Assembly: GCA_951804945.1 (NCBI GenBank) | Contig: OX638159.1 | Span: 41,416,001-41,480,000, forward strand | Reading direction: 5' to 3' | Source of the DNA: Podarcis cretensis | Taxonomy: Eukaryota | DNA: 64,000 bases | Shown: piece after piece, positions 23,137 to 35,048 of the stretch | Position numbering within the stretch: position 1 is the first letter of the stretch | Layout: every line of letters starts with the position of its first letter | The notes under the pieces: generated by a model | Told to the model about the DNA's origin: nothing | Databases searched by the model: none | The model's input: only the letters and a program-made list of their open reading frames with translations | Translations under genes and position numbers: made by a program

Positions 23137-24577
23137 TATCCTAAACACACAACAGAACGAACTTCATTCTAAGGAAACCGAACCCTGGGTAAGCATACCT
23201 GGAATCTCTCACTGCTCGGAGATTGGGGCTTTGTTTTGGTTTGCTAGGTTATAAAGTAATGTGTTGTGGTTCTGTATGGCATTGTTCTCAGTTCATCAAT
23301 AGCCCTTTCATGTCAAAAAAAAAGTGCAAGAAGACTAATAAACTTGAAATCAAGGCTGCTGTACATAGTCGAGGTTTCTGCTAGGGTTTTGCATTATATC
23401 TGGTTAGGTGAGGGAGGCTTTGTGGAGCTTGGGGGATGAGAGCATGGAAAAATTGCGTAGCTCCACTTGCTTTTGTGTATTCCACCCCCCTTTCTGTTAC
23501 GCATCGTCTTAGTTGCCATTGTCCCATTGGTGAAAGCTGTTGTATTTGACAAATCCCAGGGCACTTGGCAAATCAGGCTTACTGAACTTTACACAACTGG
23601 TTTTGCTGGCTAGTTCCGTGTCAGTTAAACTCCTTTCTTAGATGCACTTCAGCCTTGACCGTTTTTTAGATTCTGTAAACAGCTGAAGTAGCTAATGCGT
23701 CCAAATAGTACTTATACACATGTCAGTCTCCCCAGAGACATGGATCTTGTATGTTGCAATACAGGAGCTCAGTTACAATAACAGTAACACAATATCGGTT
23801 CTTTTACTTCAGCACTGACATAATCCCAAACCAGTGCCATAGATTGAAAAGGGCCTGTGCTCCTGAGAAGGGCCCTTATACCAGGAAATTTTGGGGGTGG
23901 CAGGTGCCATATTGTGCCAATTCCAGTAGGCCTGACCTTGGTTAGCCTGTTTGATAATTTGACAGTGGTCAAGATGGTTAGCAAACAGCGTTTCTGTGCA
24001 ACAGCAGAAGTTAACTTTAGTGAAATGAATACCTGTCCTTGTGGTATTGTGGGGGGTGGCAATTGTAGCAAGGCAGGGGTAGTGGGTGGTTGGCTCCTTC
24101 CTGGTTTTGGAGCAGGTGGGAGAGGTTTCTCCCCTCCTTTCTAATCATGGCGAGACGGGATGCTCACGAGGCTTTAACAGCCAATCTGCGTGGGAGCTGG
24201 CTTGTGCAGGGGCAGGGCTTTGTGGCAGACCAGAGGGAAAACTTTCAGATGTAAATAGAGTGGTGATGTGCCCTGCTTTACAGAGGACAGTCCTCTAAAT
24301 GAAATAGTCATCTGTTTGAAGGCCTGTCCAGTCATAAGCTGAAAGATAAGGAAGAGCAAAGGTCTTCTAGTTGCTGATTCCTGGGCATCAGACCAAGCAG
24401 ATGCAAAGGTAACCTGGTTGCAGTCTTCTCTGCTATGCTGAGATATCTATTTAGGTTTAAATTATAGTCTTTTTCTTATTTGTTTTTAATCTATCCAGGT
24501 ACTCTATTAGCTTATGCCAGGCTGGGGGACCTGTGTCCATTCACATGTTGTTGGACTCCCATCATCCTTGATCAGGT

Positions 24578-24733
24578 TCAGGCTGCCTGGAGAGCTCAGT
24601 TGATTAGAGCATGCTGATGATAATGCCAAGGTTGCAGGTTTGATCGCTGTATGAAACAGCTGCCTATTCCTGCATTACAGGGGGTTGGACTAGATGATCC
24701 TCAGAGGATCCCTTCCAACTCTACAATTCTATG
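24578..24733 (+). mobile_element. SINE with tRNA-Ile-like head and CR1 3' tail
   Basis: agctcagttgattagagcatgctgatgataatgccaaggttgcaggtttgatc, then ttcctgcattacagggggttggactagatgatcc...ccttccaactctacaattctatg. It sits inside an older MITE whose arms are on both sides. Confidence 0.8.
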
Positions 24734-25390
24734 TGTCAATATGATGTTGGGAGTCCAACAATATCTGGCTTAGTGAAAATGGTTTGCTCATGTGTTCTCT
24801 TTTTGGGGGTGCCAGCTGATGTACAAGTGGCCACCCTAGAAGGGCAAGGTTAGTAAAAAGCATACCGTGGGGGCTCTGTGCTTTGTGGCAATAGGGCTCA
24901 GAGGGTTTTTGGGATGTCTGAGTGTATGCAAACAATGGGTGTAAAAGGAAGCTTAGTGGAGAAAAGGGCTTTCATTCCTGAGCGTCTGAAAGTGCACATA
25001 ACAAGGTAGGTGCTTCTCATGCTGCAATTGCCCAGTTAATCTTTAGGCTACTGGCAGATGCTGTTTTGTTTCTAACCAGAGCAGTCGCTGCTGCGTTGTT
25101 ATTTTTATAGCCCTGCTCAATTACTTTTTAACAGCAGCCTGCCACATAGAAAATAAGCAGGTATAGCTTTTCCTAGCATGGAAATAAGTAGTGGAAAAAG
25201 CTCCAGCTGCATTGCTAACCATTGGACAGGCTTCTGTTTAAAGCAGAGGAGCAAGACCAGTAAAAATAATGGCACAAGTCATTGAGGAGTGGGGGGGGCA
25301 GGGGAGGGTCTGGCAGAAGGGAAAAGACCTCAGGAAGTGATTGAAGAGAAAGTTCAATCATGTTGCAGGTATGCAGGGAGTGCTTTAAAC

Positions 25391-25526
25391 CAGTGTTCCC
25401 CAACCTTGGGTCTCCAGCTGTTTTTGGACTACAACTCCCATCATCCCTTGCTAACAAGACCAGTGGTCAGGGATGATGGGAATTGCAGCCCGAAAACAGC
25501 TGGAGACCCAAGGTTGGGGAACCCTG
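25391..25526. mobile_element. hAT MITE (136 bp hairpin)
   Basis: TIRs CAGTGTTCCCCAACCTTGGGTCTCCAGCTG / CAGCTGGAGACCCAAGGTTGGGGAACCCTG; perfect 8-bp TSD CTTTAAAC. Confidence 0.93.
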
Positions 25527-25765
25527 CTTTAAACCACCTTAGAGTGGAGACCTTTGCAAACTTTTTAGGACATCAGGACCATTGGGGAAAAAAGAGCATA
25601 GTTAAGATTGTGCTGTAAGGATGCCCGTCCCATCTCTGTAATGCTGTCCCACATTTGCATTGTAGTGGGGACCCTGCAAAGTCGCCTCCGTGATAAAAAA
25701 CCCTGGATGAGGTGCAGTACAGAACCACAGTTGCAATTCTGATTCCACCTCATTGTGCAAGGGTA

Positions 25766-26269
25766 CCGTATTTTTCCGTGTATGACGATATTTTTTTCCT
25801 TAGAAATAATAGGCAAAAATTGTGGGTTGTCTTGTACATGGATAGCAGAGGGGGATGGGCGATTGGTAGCAGCAGCCAGCAGGAGATTGGCAGCAGCGAT
25901 CGGGCGTGTGATTGGTTGCTGCAGCAAGGCCTACTGATGACTGGCTGCGGCTGCGGCAATTGGATGTTGACTTATGGCAGCGGCAAGGCATGTGTGCAAT
26001 CGGCTGTGGTTGCGTTGATTGGGCAGGTGGGCTTTTGGTGGCGAGTGTGCAGACGATTGGTGGCTGCGGAGATGCGTGTGATTTGTAGTGGTGGGCAGGC
26101 TGTAGAGTGATTGGCAGCAGTGACCCCCCCCAAAAAAGCTCAACTCTGGGCAATCTCCCCCCCCACTGCAAAAGCTGAACAACTTTGGGCAATTCCCCCC
26201 TTTTTTTGCGGTCCCAAAAAATAGGGGTCGTCTTATACATGGGGGCGTGTTATACACGGAAAAATATGG
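25766..26269. mobile_element. Non-autonomous Tc1/mariner element with an internal GATTGG repeat array
   Basis: TIRs CCGTATTTTTCCGTGTAT / ATACACGGAAAAATATGG; TA TSD. Confidence 0.88.
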
Positions 26270-28253
26270 TAATTCTTCAGTTGCACAAAGCAGCTGGCTC
26301 TCAGTTTACATCCACCCCTTGTAGTATGTGCTAGCACCTGCAACCCACCATGGACTGGGACCTTTGCAGGATCAGACTGTCCTTGTGGTCTCAACAGCAT
26401 TAAAAAAGCACAGAGAGAAAGTTCATGCTCTGTTGGCATTTTGTGTTTCTGTTTCAGAACCGACAGCAGGCAAATCTGGATTCTTGCTTGGAAAACGAAC
26501 AATCCGTATACGTGGGTCCAATCCCCAAAGCGTATCTTGTAAAGCACAGCTGGTATCCTCACTGTCGTCGGCATTAGAGCTCCCTCAGCCAGCATTTGGC
26601 ACCAGACTGCTAGTCATGCGGAGGGGGAAACCTCTCTGGTGCTTCCTTGTGCTCTCAGCGCAAATCCCTACTCACCATTGCATTTCTGTTGTAGTATTCA
26701 GATTCTTCCGCATTTGACATTACTCTAGCCTTCATCAACCTGCTGCCCTGGCCATGGTGGCTGGGAATTAATGGGAACTGGTGTCCAAAACGTCAGGATG
26801 GTATCAGGTTGTGTGAAGGCTGCTGAAGCCATGACATGTCTTAATTCCTCACATACTTTCCTTCCTTCTTTTTTGTGTGTGGAGAGAAGAGTTCTGGCAA
26901 TCACATAAAGATCTTTTATGTCCTTCAAGCATCTGGGGAAACAGCAGGCTAAATTATTAAGCCTTCTTCACAGCTATTTAACAGCAGTGCATTTCTGCTT
27001 CAAGTCCTTTAATGTGGAATTTTTGCTTACAGACACTGTGGGGAAACATTTCGGAAACATTTCCAAGCTTGTCATATATTCAAGAATATCCAATATTTAA
27101 ACTTGAACATATTTTGCATAGGGGAAATTAGTGGACTTCAAATGATTCCTGTGTGGTGCTGGATCGTATATGCAATTCTGGGCTGATCTGTGGGCTAATT
27201 GTGTAAACCTCTGATGTATTGGCTTCCTGCTGTATCAAATGGACATAAAATTAATTACAATTGAATATTTTGAGACCTTGTATGGCAAACTCAGCAGAAA
27301 TACAAGGCTAGCATCTGATGGATACTGAGGCATCTGTCTATTTCAGTTTCACATCTGCTCAGTCATAGGTCTGTTCCACCCTGGGTTTTATTGTGTTGGT
27401 TTTTTTTAAAGTATGGAAAATTCATACTTAAATTCTCCTAAAAATAAGCTTTCTCATTGTAATTGAATTTTGTGATGCAGTTTCAGAGAAGTGTGTAATC
27501 CAATTTATAGCTGCATTCTGATCTGCATATGTCACAGGTTGGTGAATTAATAAGGTTTAAAATGCAGCTGAAACAAATTTCTGATTTGTCCCTACAAATG
27601 TTTAGAAAAGCTCATGCCACAATATGTGTGTCTGCAGCACACCACAGCAGCCAGTGTATGAATCTGTCTTGTGCTAGGCCAGAGCGTTTGCCCATGTAGA
27701 CTAGTACTGTCCACTCAGGCTGGCAGTAGGTCGCCAGATCTTTCCCAGACCAACAATTGAGCATTGTTCCTTCAAATCATGTGCTCTGTCGTCCAATTTA
27801 TTGTGGGGTTTTTTTTTTGGGGGGGGGGGGAGTGTGTGTATGTCTGTATGTCAGCCTTATCAGGGACACATCTCTAAACCTCTAAATCACTCAATTATGT
27901 GAGTGGAAGCTCCTCATGAGGGTCTTTCGTGCCTCTATGCTAGAGTCATTTTTAAACATATTCCCAGATGATTGTGACCTGTTCACAGTTAAATGGCCCC
28001 ATGCTTCTTGGAAAACATCTAAAGCCTTTGTGGGGAACCTGTGAATGCTCTCCAGGCATTGCCCCAGCCACTCTAAGATGTCCATCTTCCCTGGCCACTG
28101 GCCATGCTTGCTGAGGCTGCTGGGAGTTGTAGTCCAGCAACACTGAGAAAAAAATCAAATAGGCATCTCCCCGCCAGACACCAAAAAAGCTTTCCTGGAT
28201 GCAAACTGATAGTGATTTAACAATCCCCAGGTAATGGGGACAGTTTGACTATA

Positions 28254-28479
28254 CAGTGGTACCTCAGGTTAAGTACTTAATTCGTTCCAGAGGTCCGTTC
28301 TCAACCTGAAACTATTCTTAACCTGAAGCACCACTTTAGCTAATGGGGCCTCCCGCTGCTGCCACGCCGCCGGAGCACAATTTCTGTTCTTATCCTGAAG
28401 CAAAGTTCTTAACCTGAAGCACTATTTCTGGGTTAGCGGAGTCTGTAACCTGAAGTGTATGTAACCCGAGGTACCACTG
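28254..28479 (-). mobile_element. Tc1/mariner MITE, family A copy 3
   Basis: Same TIRs; TA TSD; reverse orientation. Confidence 0.92.
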
Positions 28480-28580
28480 TACATGTATTAGGTCACATCC
28501 ACACCATATGCTTAAAACATATTTATACCCATCACGGCTCCCCCCAAAGAATCCTGTGAACTGTAGTTTACCCATCACAG

Positions 28581-29167
28581 TGCTTTGATCAGAACCAGGC
28601 GCTGCCTTCACTGATGGGAACAGACCCACACTCCCTGACATAGTGCATGTTTGCAATCCTGACATTCCCCCAGGACAAGAGTCTCTTGTGAGTGATGACG
28701 CCATGCCTCATCTTTAATGGCTTGGTGGGAAGGTCAGGGAACCTTACTGGGACATATTTGATAATTTCACCCTGAACTGTAATTCCTCAGCTCTGCGTCT
28801 GCTACTGAATCTGTACTGTGACCTGCCTGAATAAAGATCTCTTTCTTACTTATGAGTAAGAGCCTCAGTTTGTTTAAAAGCCTTCTGTGTTTAAAAGTTT
28901 AAAAAGATAAATTTAACTTAGCAATCTTACCAAGGAGTTCCCTCTGTCCGCAGTTTGCTGGCCAGATCCACATCTCTCATGGAGAACCTGCCGGCTAGCC
29001 TGAAGAACAACCCCACCTGGGACAAAGTTGTTGAGTTGCCAAGATCAATTGGGAGCAGCCCGCTTGGAAGAAAGGAGGGTCGTGCTATATTTTCCCTTCT
29101 GTTTTCCTGGAATAGATGCTAAACTAACTGGCCTAGAATTTCATGGTTCCCCCTGGATCTCTTACCA
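28581..29167 (+). mobile_element. Possible LTR-like insertion
   Basis: Abruptly follows a truncated MITE, has TG...CA candidate ends and AATAAA at about 28830 followed by a U5-like tract. No convincing TSD. Confidence 0.3.
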
Positions 29168-31783
29168 ATAATTATTTCAGTACTATCATTTAGTGTTTAA
29201 GATGCTTCCAGCTTGGATGATTGGAAAGGAAATAAAAACCAATGAAATGCAATAAATCTATTTTTGCTACGGTATCACCTCCTCCTCCCCAAAGCCCTCC
29301 ATTTTGCCTATTGTGAAGCATGCTGGTAACCTTTTGTCTTCTACTCTTCCTGGGGATTATTATATATTTTTTAAAAAAGGTGCATGCACACCTTTGTAGT
29401 TTGTGCATGCCTAGAATGGGGAAAAAGTGGGAGAGAGGTTGAATTTCCCACATCATGAATACATTCTGTCAACTTGTGTGGATGGCAAGTGGAGGAATAG
29501 CCATTAATATTAAGACTGAAAAATGTGTGGAGGTTAATGTGCCAATTGCACCCACAGGAAAATTGAATCTGTATGGCCCATCTACTGTATGAAGTCCCCA
29601 TCTGGAAGCACCCTAAATTAACAAAGGGCATTGTTAAGTAAGACTCAACTACCAGTTCCTTTGGTTTCTACACGTTGAATGTTGTGCGAGGGAATCATCT
29701 CTTCCTTTGCCTCAGGCAGCAAAATGTCTTGGGCTGGTCCTGCTAAAATGTGTAAAATTGGGGCTGCACCTATTTTCATGTTTACTTGGAAGTAACTCCC
29801 AATAAGATCCATGTCACTTAGTAGATGTAAACATACCCAGGGTTGAACAGTAAGGTGAATTGATGTTGAAATTGGAAGATACAGATTCTCAGCCTCTAAA
29901 GAGTTGGGTGTTTGACATGGGAAAGGATGAGACAGAGAGATGATTCATACAATTTAACTGGCATATTTCAAAGATGGTTTAAGTTCTCATAATGTCTTTG
30001 TACCTGATGAAAACTGAACCTGGAGGTTCAGATTCACCATGTAATGTGGCCCCTTGATCATTGTATAGAGTAGCATCTTCCTGTTGCTGGTGGGCAACTT
30101 AGGGAAATTCATTTTCCATCCACTATACTTTGGCAATGCTTGGTAGACCAATTAAGTTTCTCACAATCTGAAATGGAGTACAGCATATGTTTCTGCTGTT
30201 TGTACTGCTGGAGAATGACTACACTTCAAGATAAAGCACAATCTTTATTGGTGATCCACACAGGAAGTTATCAGACCATTGGATCAACTAGTGGTTTGTT
30301 TCTTTGTTTTTGCCAACACTGACCAGTAATGACTCTTCAGGGTTTCAGACAGGAGTTTATCCCATCTCTACTGGAGATGCCAAGGATTGAACTTTGTACT
30401 TTATGCATGCATAGTATGTGCTGTTCTACTTATATTTCAGGCTGTTCATCCTGCCCCTGTCCCCCTGCATTGAGCAAATTTTAACTTATAGGGATATGGG
30501 ATACAGAGTCTGTGATGTTCAAACCCCTATAGTTAATCAGGATCTCCTGTACCCAGATGTTCACAACAGATTAGTCTCTCTAATGGAAGTGTGCATCCTC
30601 TAATCATCCAGATTGCAGACATGACTCAAACAGAAGCAAGAAGAGTGTGCTATGTGAAAGGTGCCTGTAGGACAAGGAATTAATTTAACAAGGGAGCCCA
30701 GATGGCTCAGACAGTGTGCTACAGAAGGGCAGAGATTTTTGGAAATGCAAAAGATGAAAAACTGCTAATCTATAGGTACCTGGGCAGCCAGAAGATATGG
30801 ACATTATAAGTTTATTTTAAAAGCCTGTGTTTGCAAAGATGTAAGCATGCCTTCAAAATCAAACAGTGGTGGCTTGGGAGGTGGTCCAACTGGCTTTTCT
30901 GCAGCTTTCACAAGGAACATTTGTCCACAAGCAAGACTGCTGTACGTCGTTGCTTCTCTGAAAGGTTATGATTCTAAGCTATTTGTGCCAATGCTAACAT
31001 TCCTTTTATGTCAGTAGAATGCCACGTTTTTGAAACATTGCCCTGATGTAGATGTTGGGATATTCCATCCTTCCTGTCTCATTTGGTGCCAGGGCAGTGA
31101 GTTATAGATGGCATTTGTACAAGCGGATCATTTGTGGGGCTTGGGTGAAATTGGATCTGTATTGACTGAACATCTAATATTGAGCTTTGAGACTTTTTTT
31201 TTGGTACAAACTAAAGGTTGGGAGAAACATATGACCAGGGTTTTTTTCAGCCAGAACTTCCAGCACCTCTCAGGTGGGTGCCATTGCCATTATAAGAGAA
31301 CAAGGGAGGCATTCATGGTGACTTCTGGCACCTCTTTTTCTAGAAAAATAGCACTGCATATGACTGACTCCTGCTCCACAGACAGTCCTCCTCTGAGAAA
31401 ACTAACATGTCAGGAGGAAGGCTAAGTAAAAACGTTTCATAGGTGCAGGGAGTTCTATAATAATTCCGGCCCCCCAGAAGACACTGATTATCTGTATCCA
31501 CATCAGTCCAATTTCAGTTTCTGATTTGGCATTAACCTGCTTTGGGTTGGTCACTCTGATAGATGGCTCCCACTGGGAGGACAGTGGGGTGATGAAGCCT
31601 ACTGATTCCTGGACCTCTGAGAAGCTTTTAAAACCATCAAACATGATCTGGGGAACTTGTCTATGGTGGTGCTTTAGTTGCTGCTGCATTGCTTTTTAGA
31701 TATTTGTCATTTTATTGGTCCTCTTAAGCCACCTTGAACTTCGTAGGAATGGCGGAGTATCTTTTTCTTAAGCAAAATGGGAA

Positions 31784-31784
31784 A

Positions 31785-31826
<42 letters not shown>

Positions 31827-31962
31827 TTATTATTTGTACCCCGCCCATCTGGCTGGGTCTCCCCAGCCACTCTGGGCGGCTTCCATAAAAACCAAAAATA
31901 CACTAAAATATCACAGATTAAAAACTTCCCTGAACAGGGCTGCCTTAAGATGTCTTCTGAAA
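31784..31962 (-). mobile_element. L2 LINE 3' end with long (TTA)n tail
   Basis: (AAT)13 followed by the reverse complement of the 3655-3908 element. Confidence 0.82.
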
Positions 31963-32329
31963 CAGTTAAGCTGAGCAGTTTCCACATCTGTAATCTGAAG
32001 TGGATAAGTAGCTTTACCACAGGGATGGGAAAACCTGTGGGCCTCCAGATATTGTTGGACTCCATCAGCCCCAGCTAGCATGATCAATGGTTAGGGATGA
32101 TGGGAGTTGCTGTTCAGCATCATTTGGAAGGCTGCTGCTTCTCCATTCTTGCTTTACCACACCAGGCACCATTTTAGTAGGCTGGCTTGGGTATCCTGCT
32201 CTTCTGTGTTTAAAATGAATGGTGATTTGGTGGAGTAGAAGAAGAGAAAGGCAGCACGGGAAATGGAACCTACATAAGAGAATGAGTGTTGTCAGGATAG
32301 GAACTGGGCTCTCCAAGGCCACATTGCAC

Positions 32330-33475
32330 TTGTTCCTACATGCTCAGTTCTTGTCTAGGCTGAATTTAATTGAGCTTGCCATGGATTTACTCCAGAACCT
32401 GTCATCACTGCAAAGATACAGTCTTGGGATATGCAGACATTACTGGTCATTCTCAGCTTTGGTCTGCCTGACCTTCTCTCTGCAACTGTTGGCTACTTAT
32501 GTTTTTGCTTCCTTTGTGACTTCCCCTCTCTTCCATTTCTTGTACATGGCTTTCTAAAACCTCAGTTCATCTGTAAGTTTCTTATGCAACCACAACAGTT
32601 TCTTTAGATGCCCCCCACTTGTTGGAATGGTCTGCCTTTGGGACTTCATTATTGAACCTTTAAGAAACACCCATCCATATTGGACTTTCTTCTCTTTCAG
32701 TATTTCTGACCATGGGATCTCACCCAATAGTTCTTCAGCTTTTTGAAGAATAGTTCTTCAGCCTTCTTAAAGTCCAGATTACTCTTCTTTACCTTTGTAT
32801 CATGAAACCCAAGAGCACACAGTCACTTCCTCCCATGGTTCACAGTACTTCCACTTCCACTTGAGGGGCATGGGTGGTGCTGTGGTCTAAACCACTGAGC
32901 CTCTTGGGCTTGTCAATCAGAAGGTCGGTGGTTTGACTCCCCGCAACGGGGTGACAAAAGCACGCCAGTGCAAGTAGATAAATAGGTACTGCTGCAATGG
33001 GAAGGAAAACAGTGTTTCTATGCACTCTGGTTTCTGTCATGGTGTTCTGTTGCACCAGAAGCAGTTTAGTCATGCTGGCCACATGACTCAGACAGCTGTT
33101 TGTGGACAAATGCCGGCTCCCTCAATCTGAAAGTGAGATGAGCACCACAACCCCATAGTTGCCTTTGACTGGACTTAACCTTGACTGGCCTTAATCTTAC
33201 CTTTTACCTTTATTTCATCAATCAGTTGCTCCCTTTTGGTGAGGGTCAGGTCCAAGATAGATGACCTTCTTGTTGCTTCTTCCACTTTCTGGGAAATGAA
33301 ATTGTCGCTGAGGCGCTGGAGGAATTTGCTGGGATTTACATTTTTGGCAGAGTTTGCGTTCCAACAGATATTGGGGTAGTTGAAGCCTCCCATAACTACT
33401 ATATCTCTCCTTTTTTGAATATTTGGTAATCTGCCGTAGGAAGGCATCATCAAGGTTGAGCCAGAGCCTTCTGTG
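32330..33475 (-). mobile_element. Degraded CR1 ORF2 fragment (endonuclease region), split by a Sauria SINE
   Basis: Minus-strand translation IVVMGGFNYPNICWN...FLQRLSDNFISQKVEEATRRSSILDLTLTKREQLIDE (APE endonuclease GDFN and LDL motifs), resuming as ...MGGSD.. beyond the SINE. Confidence 0.85.
32865..33212 (+). mobile_element. Sauria SINE (older, internally deleted)
   Basis: ggggcatgggtggtgctgtggtctaaaccactgagcc...ACCTTT tail; CpGs largely decayed to TG/CA. Confidence 0.9.
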
Positions 33476-33559
33476 CAAATTAAAAATTAAACCATCCTCC
33501 TCTTCACAGAATTTAGATTTGACCATCTTCCTGGAAACAAGGGTGCTGAAAAGAGCAGA

Positions 33560-34033
33560 TAAAAGAATGTGATAATGTGTGTGCGCATGTGTGTGCGTGT
33601 TTTAAAATGGCCAGCAGTACAGCAATTCAGCAAAATATGGATGCTTTGGCTGTTTCTTCTGTAACAGCATACAAAAAGGGAGAGCTGAATATTTGTGGTG
33701 GGCTGGAGGAAGGTGAGGGGAGAACAGTACTGCTATGATCCTTCCTTGCAAATGTGATTCAAATTAAATCCAGAGCTCAGATTTCCAGCTGTTTTGTTAC
33801 ACGGAAGCAGATCACCTGTTACTCTGTTTTAAAAAGAGAGGGAGAATGGGAGAGACTGCTTCCCTCCCCCACCAGACTCCTGTCACAGAAAGCAATTCCA
33901 TCCTAAGCAGCTTAGTGTGTGGGATATCGTCTCTTTTTTATTGTTCTGTTGCAGTGCTTTCTGCCCTTCAGAGCCAGTTAGACTTGTTAGGGAGAAGCCA
34001 ACCGATTGGCTGATTAAACGAGCTCCATTTCAT
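33560..34033 (+). promoter_or_regulatory. Candidate promoter region upstream of the PDE4D7-like exon
   Basis: TE-free, with an inverted CCAAT box (ATTGG 34005-34009) in the near-palindrome GCCAACCGATTGGC, an ETS-like CGGAAG and an E-box CACCTG near 33800-33820. Confidence 0.45.
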
Positions 34034-34196
34034 AAATTATAGTTCGGCATGCACTAGCACGCATCTTGGGGCTGCCGTAATCCCAGGGGCCCGTCTGTTC
34101 CTGACTCCATGCCTGTCGGTTCTGCATCGTATATGATGTTGCACTGGAATTTCCTGTCGTAAGAAAAGCTGGCTGTTGCATCTCCAGGACGACTCT
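34034..34196 (+). other. PDE4D: Candidate non-coding first exon of a long PDE4D isoform (PDE4D7-like)
   Basis: TE-free, CpG-containing block ending in donor CT|GTGAGT (34197-34202). The colinear motifs ATTATAG, AGCACG, GTTCCTG, CTGTC-TAA, AGCTG-C and TTGCATCT-CA-GAC resemble the human PDE4D7 5' UTR as I recall it. PDE4D follows DEPDC1B in the same orientation in mammals. The 5' boundary is approximate. Confidence 0.62.
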
Positions 34197-34837
34197 GTGA
34201 GTAACTCTGATTTCTTAAACCCTTGCGTTAATTGCACACTTTAAGCAAGAGCTCCTGTAATTGGGCAATGCCACATTAGCATAAGGGACAACTTTAGTGG
34301 CTGAGGGACTGCGTTGCCTCTGAATTAACTTTGCACTTCTCAGTCCCTAGAGAGTTAAGTCTATCTACTATGTGCAGTTGAACTGCAATCCACGGCTGTA
34401 TTTATTTTGGAAATGGTGCTGTGTTTGATTCTATGTCTGTGCTCTCTTTCACTTATTAGAAAGGGATGAGATTGCAATATTTGTGATGCTGCTTTGGATC
34501 GAAGACACATAAAGTATGTGTTAGGAAGGAACTGTATTTCCTTTTTGCTCAATGAGATTACTGTGGAGAGGGCTCCAGACACCGAATGATTTTTTAAAAG
34601 CCACAATAAACACCCCCCTCCCAAGTTTCTTCTTTTAAATATATAGTCTTTACCAGCTAATGGCGAAGCCTTAAGCAACTTTTTTTTATTGAAACGCTAC
34701 TTTGTGCTCACCCCTTTTTATAGAAAACCAAATGCCACAAGCACTTAAGAATTTGAGCTGCAATTTTATGTGCTCTTCCTTGTGGCTAAGTTCTGTTGAA
34801 CTTACTTCTGAGGAGCAGACTGCAAGGCTTTTAGATA

Positions 34838-35048
34838 CAGTGGTACCTCGGGTTACAGACACTTCAGGTTACAGACTCCGCTAACCCAGAAATAGTACTT
34901 CGGGTTAAGAATTTTGCTTCAGGATGAGAACAGAAATTGCGTGGCAGTGGCGGCCCCATTAGCTAAAGTGGCACTTCAGGTTAAGAACAGTTTCAAGTTA
35001 AGAACGGACCTCCAGAAGGAATTAAGTTCTTAACCCAAGGTACCACTG
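34838..35048 (+). mobile_element. Tc1/mariner MITE, family A copy 4
   Basis: Same TIRs; TA TSD. Confidence 0.92.

Noticed and set aside
25565-26257. Cluster of overlapping 100-146 aa ORFs
   Set aside because: A by-product of the GC-rich repeat array in a non-autonomous transposon; no transposase motifs.
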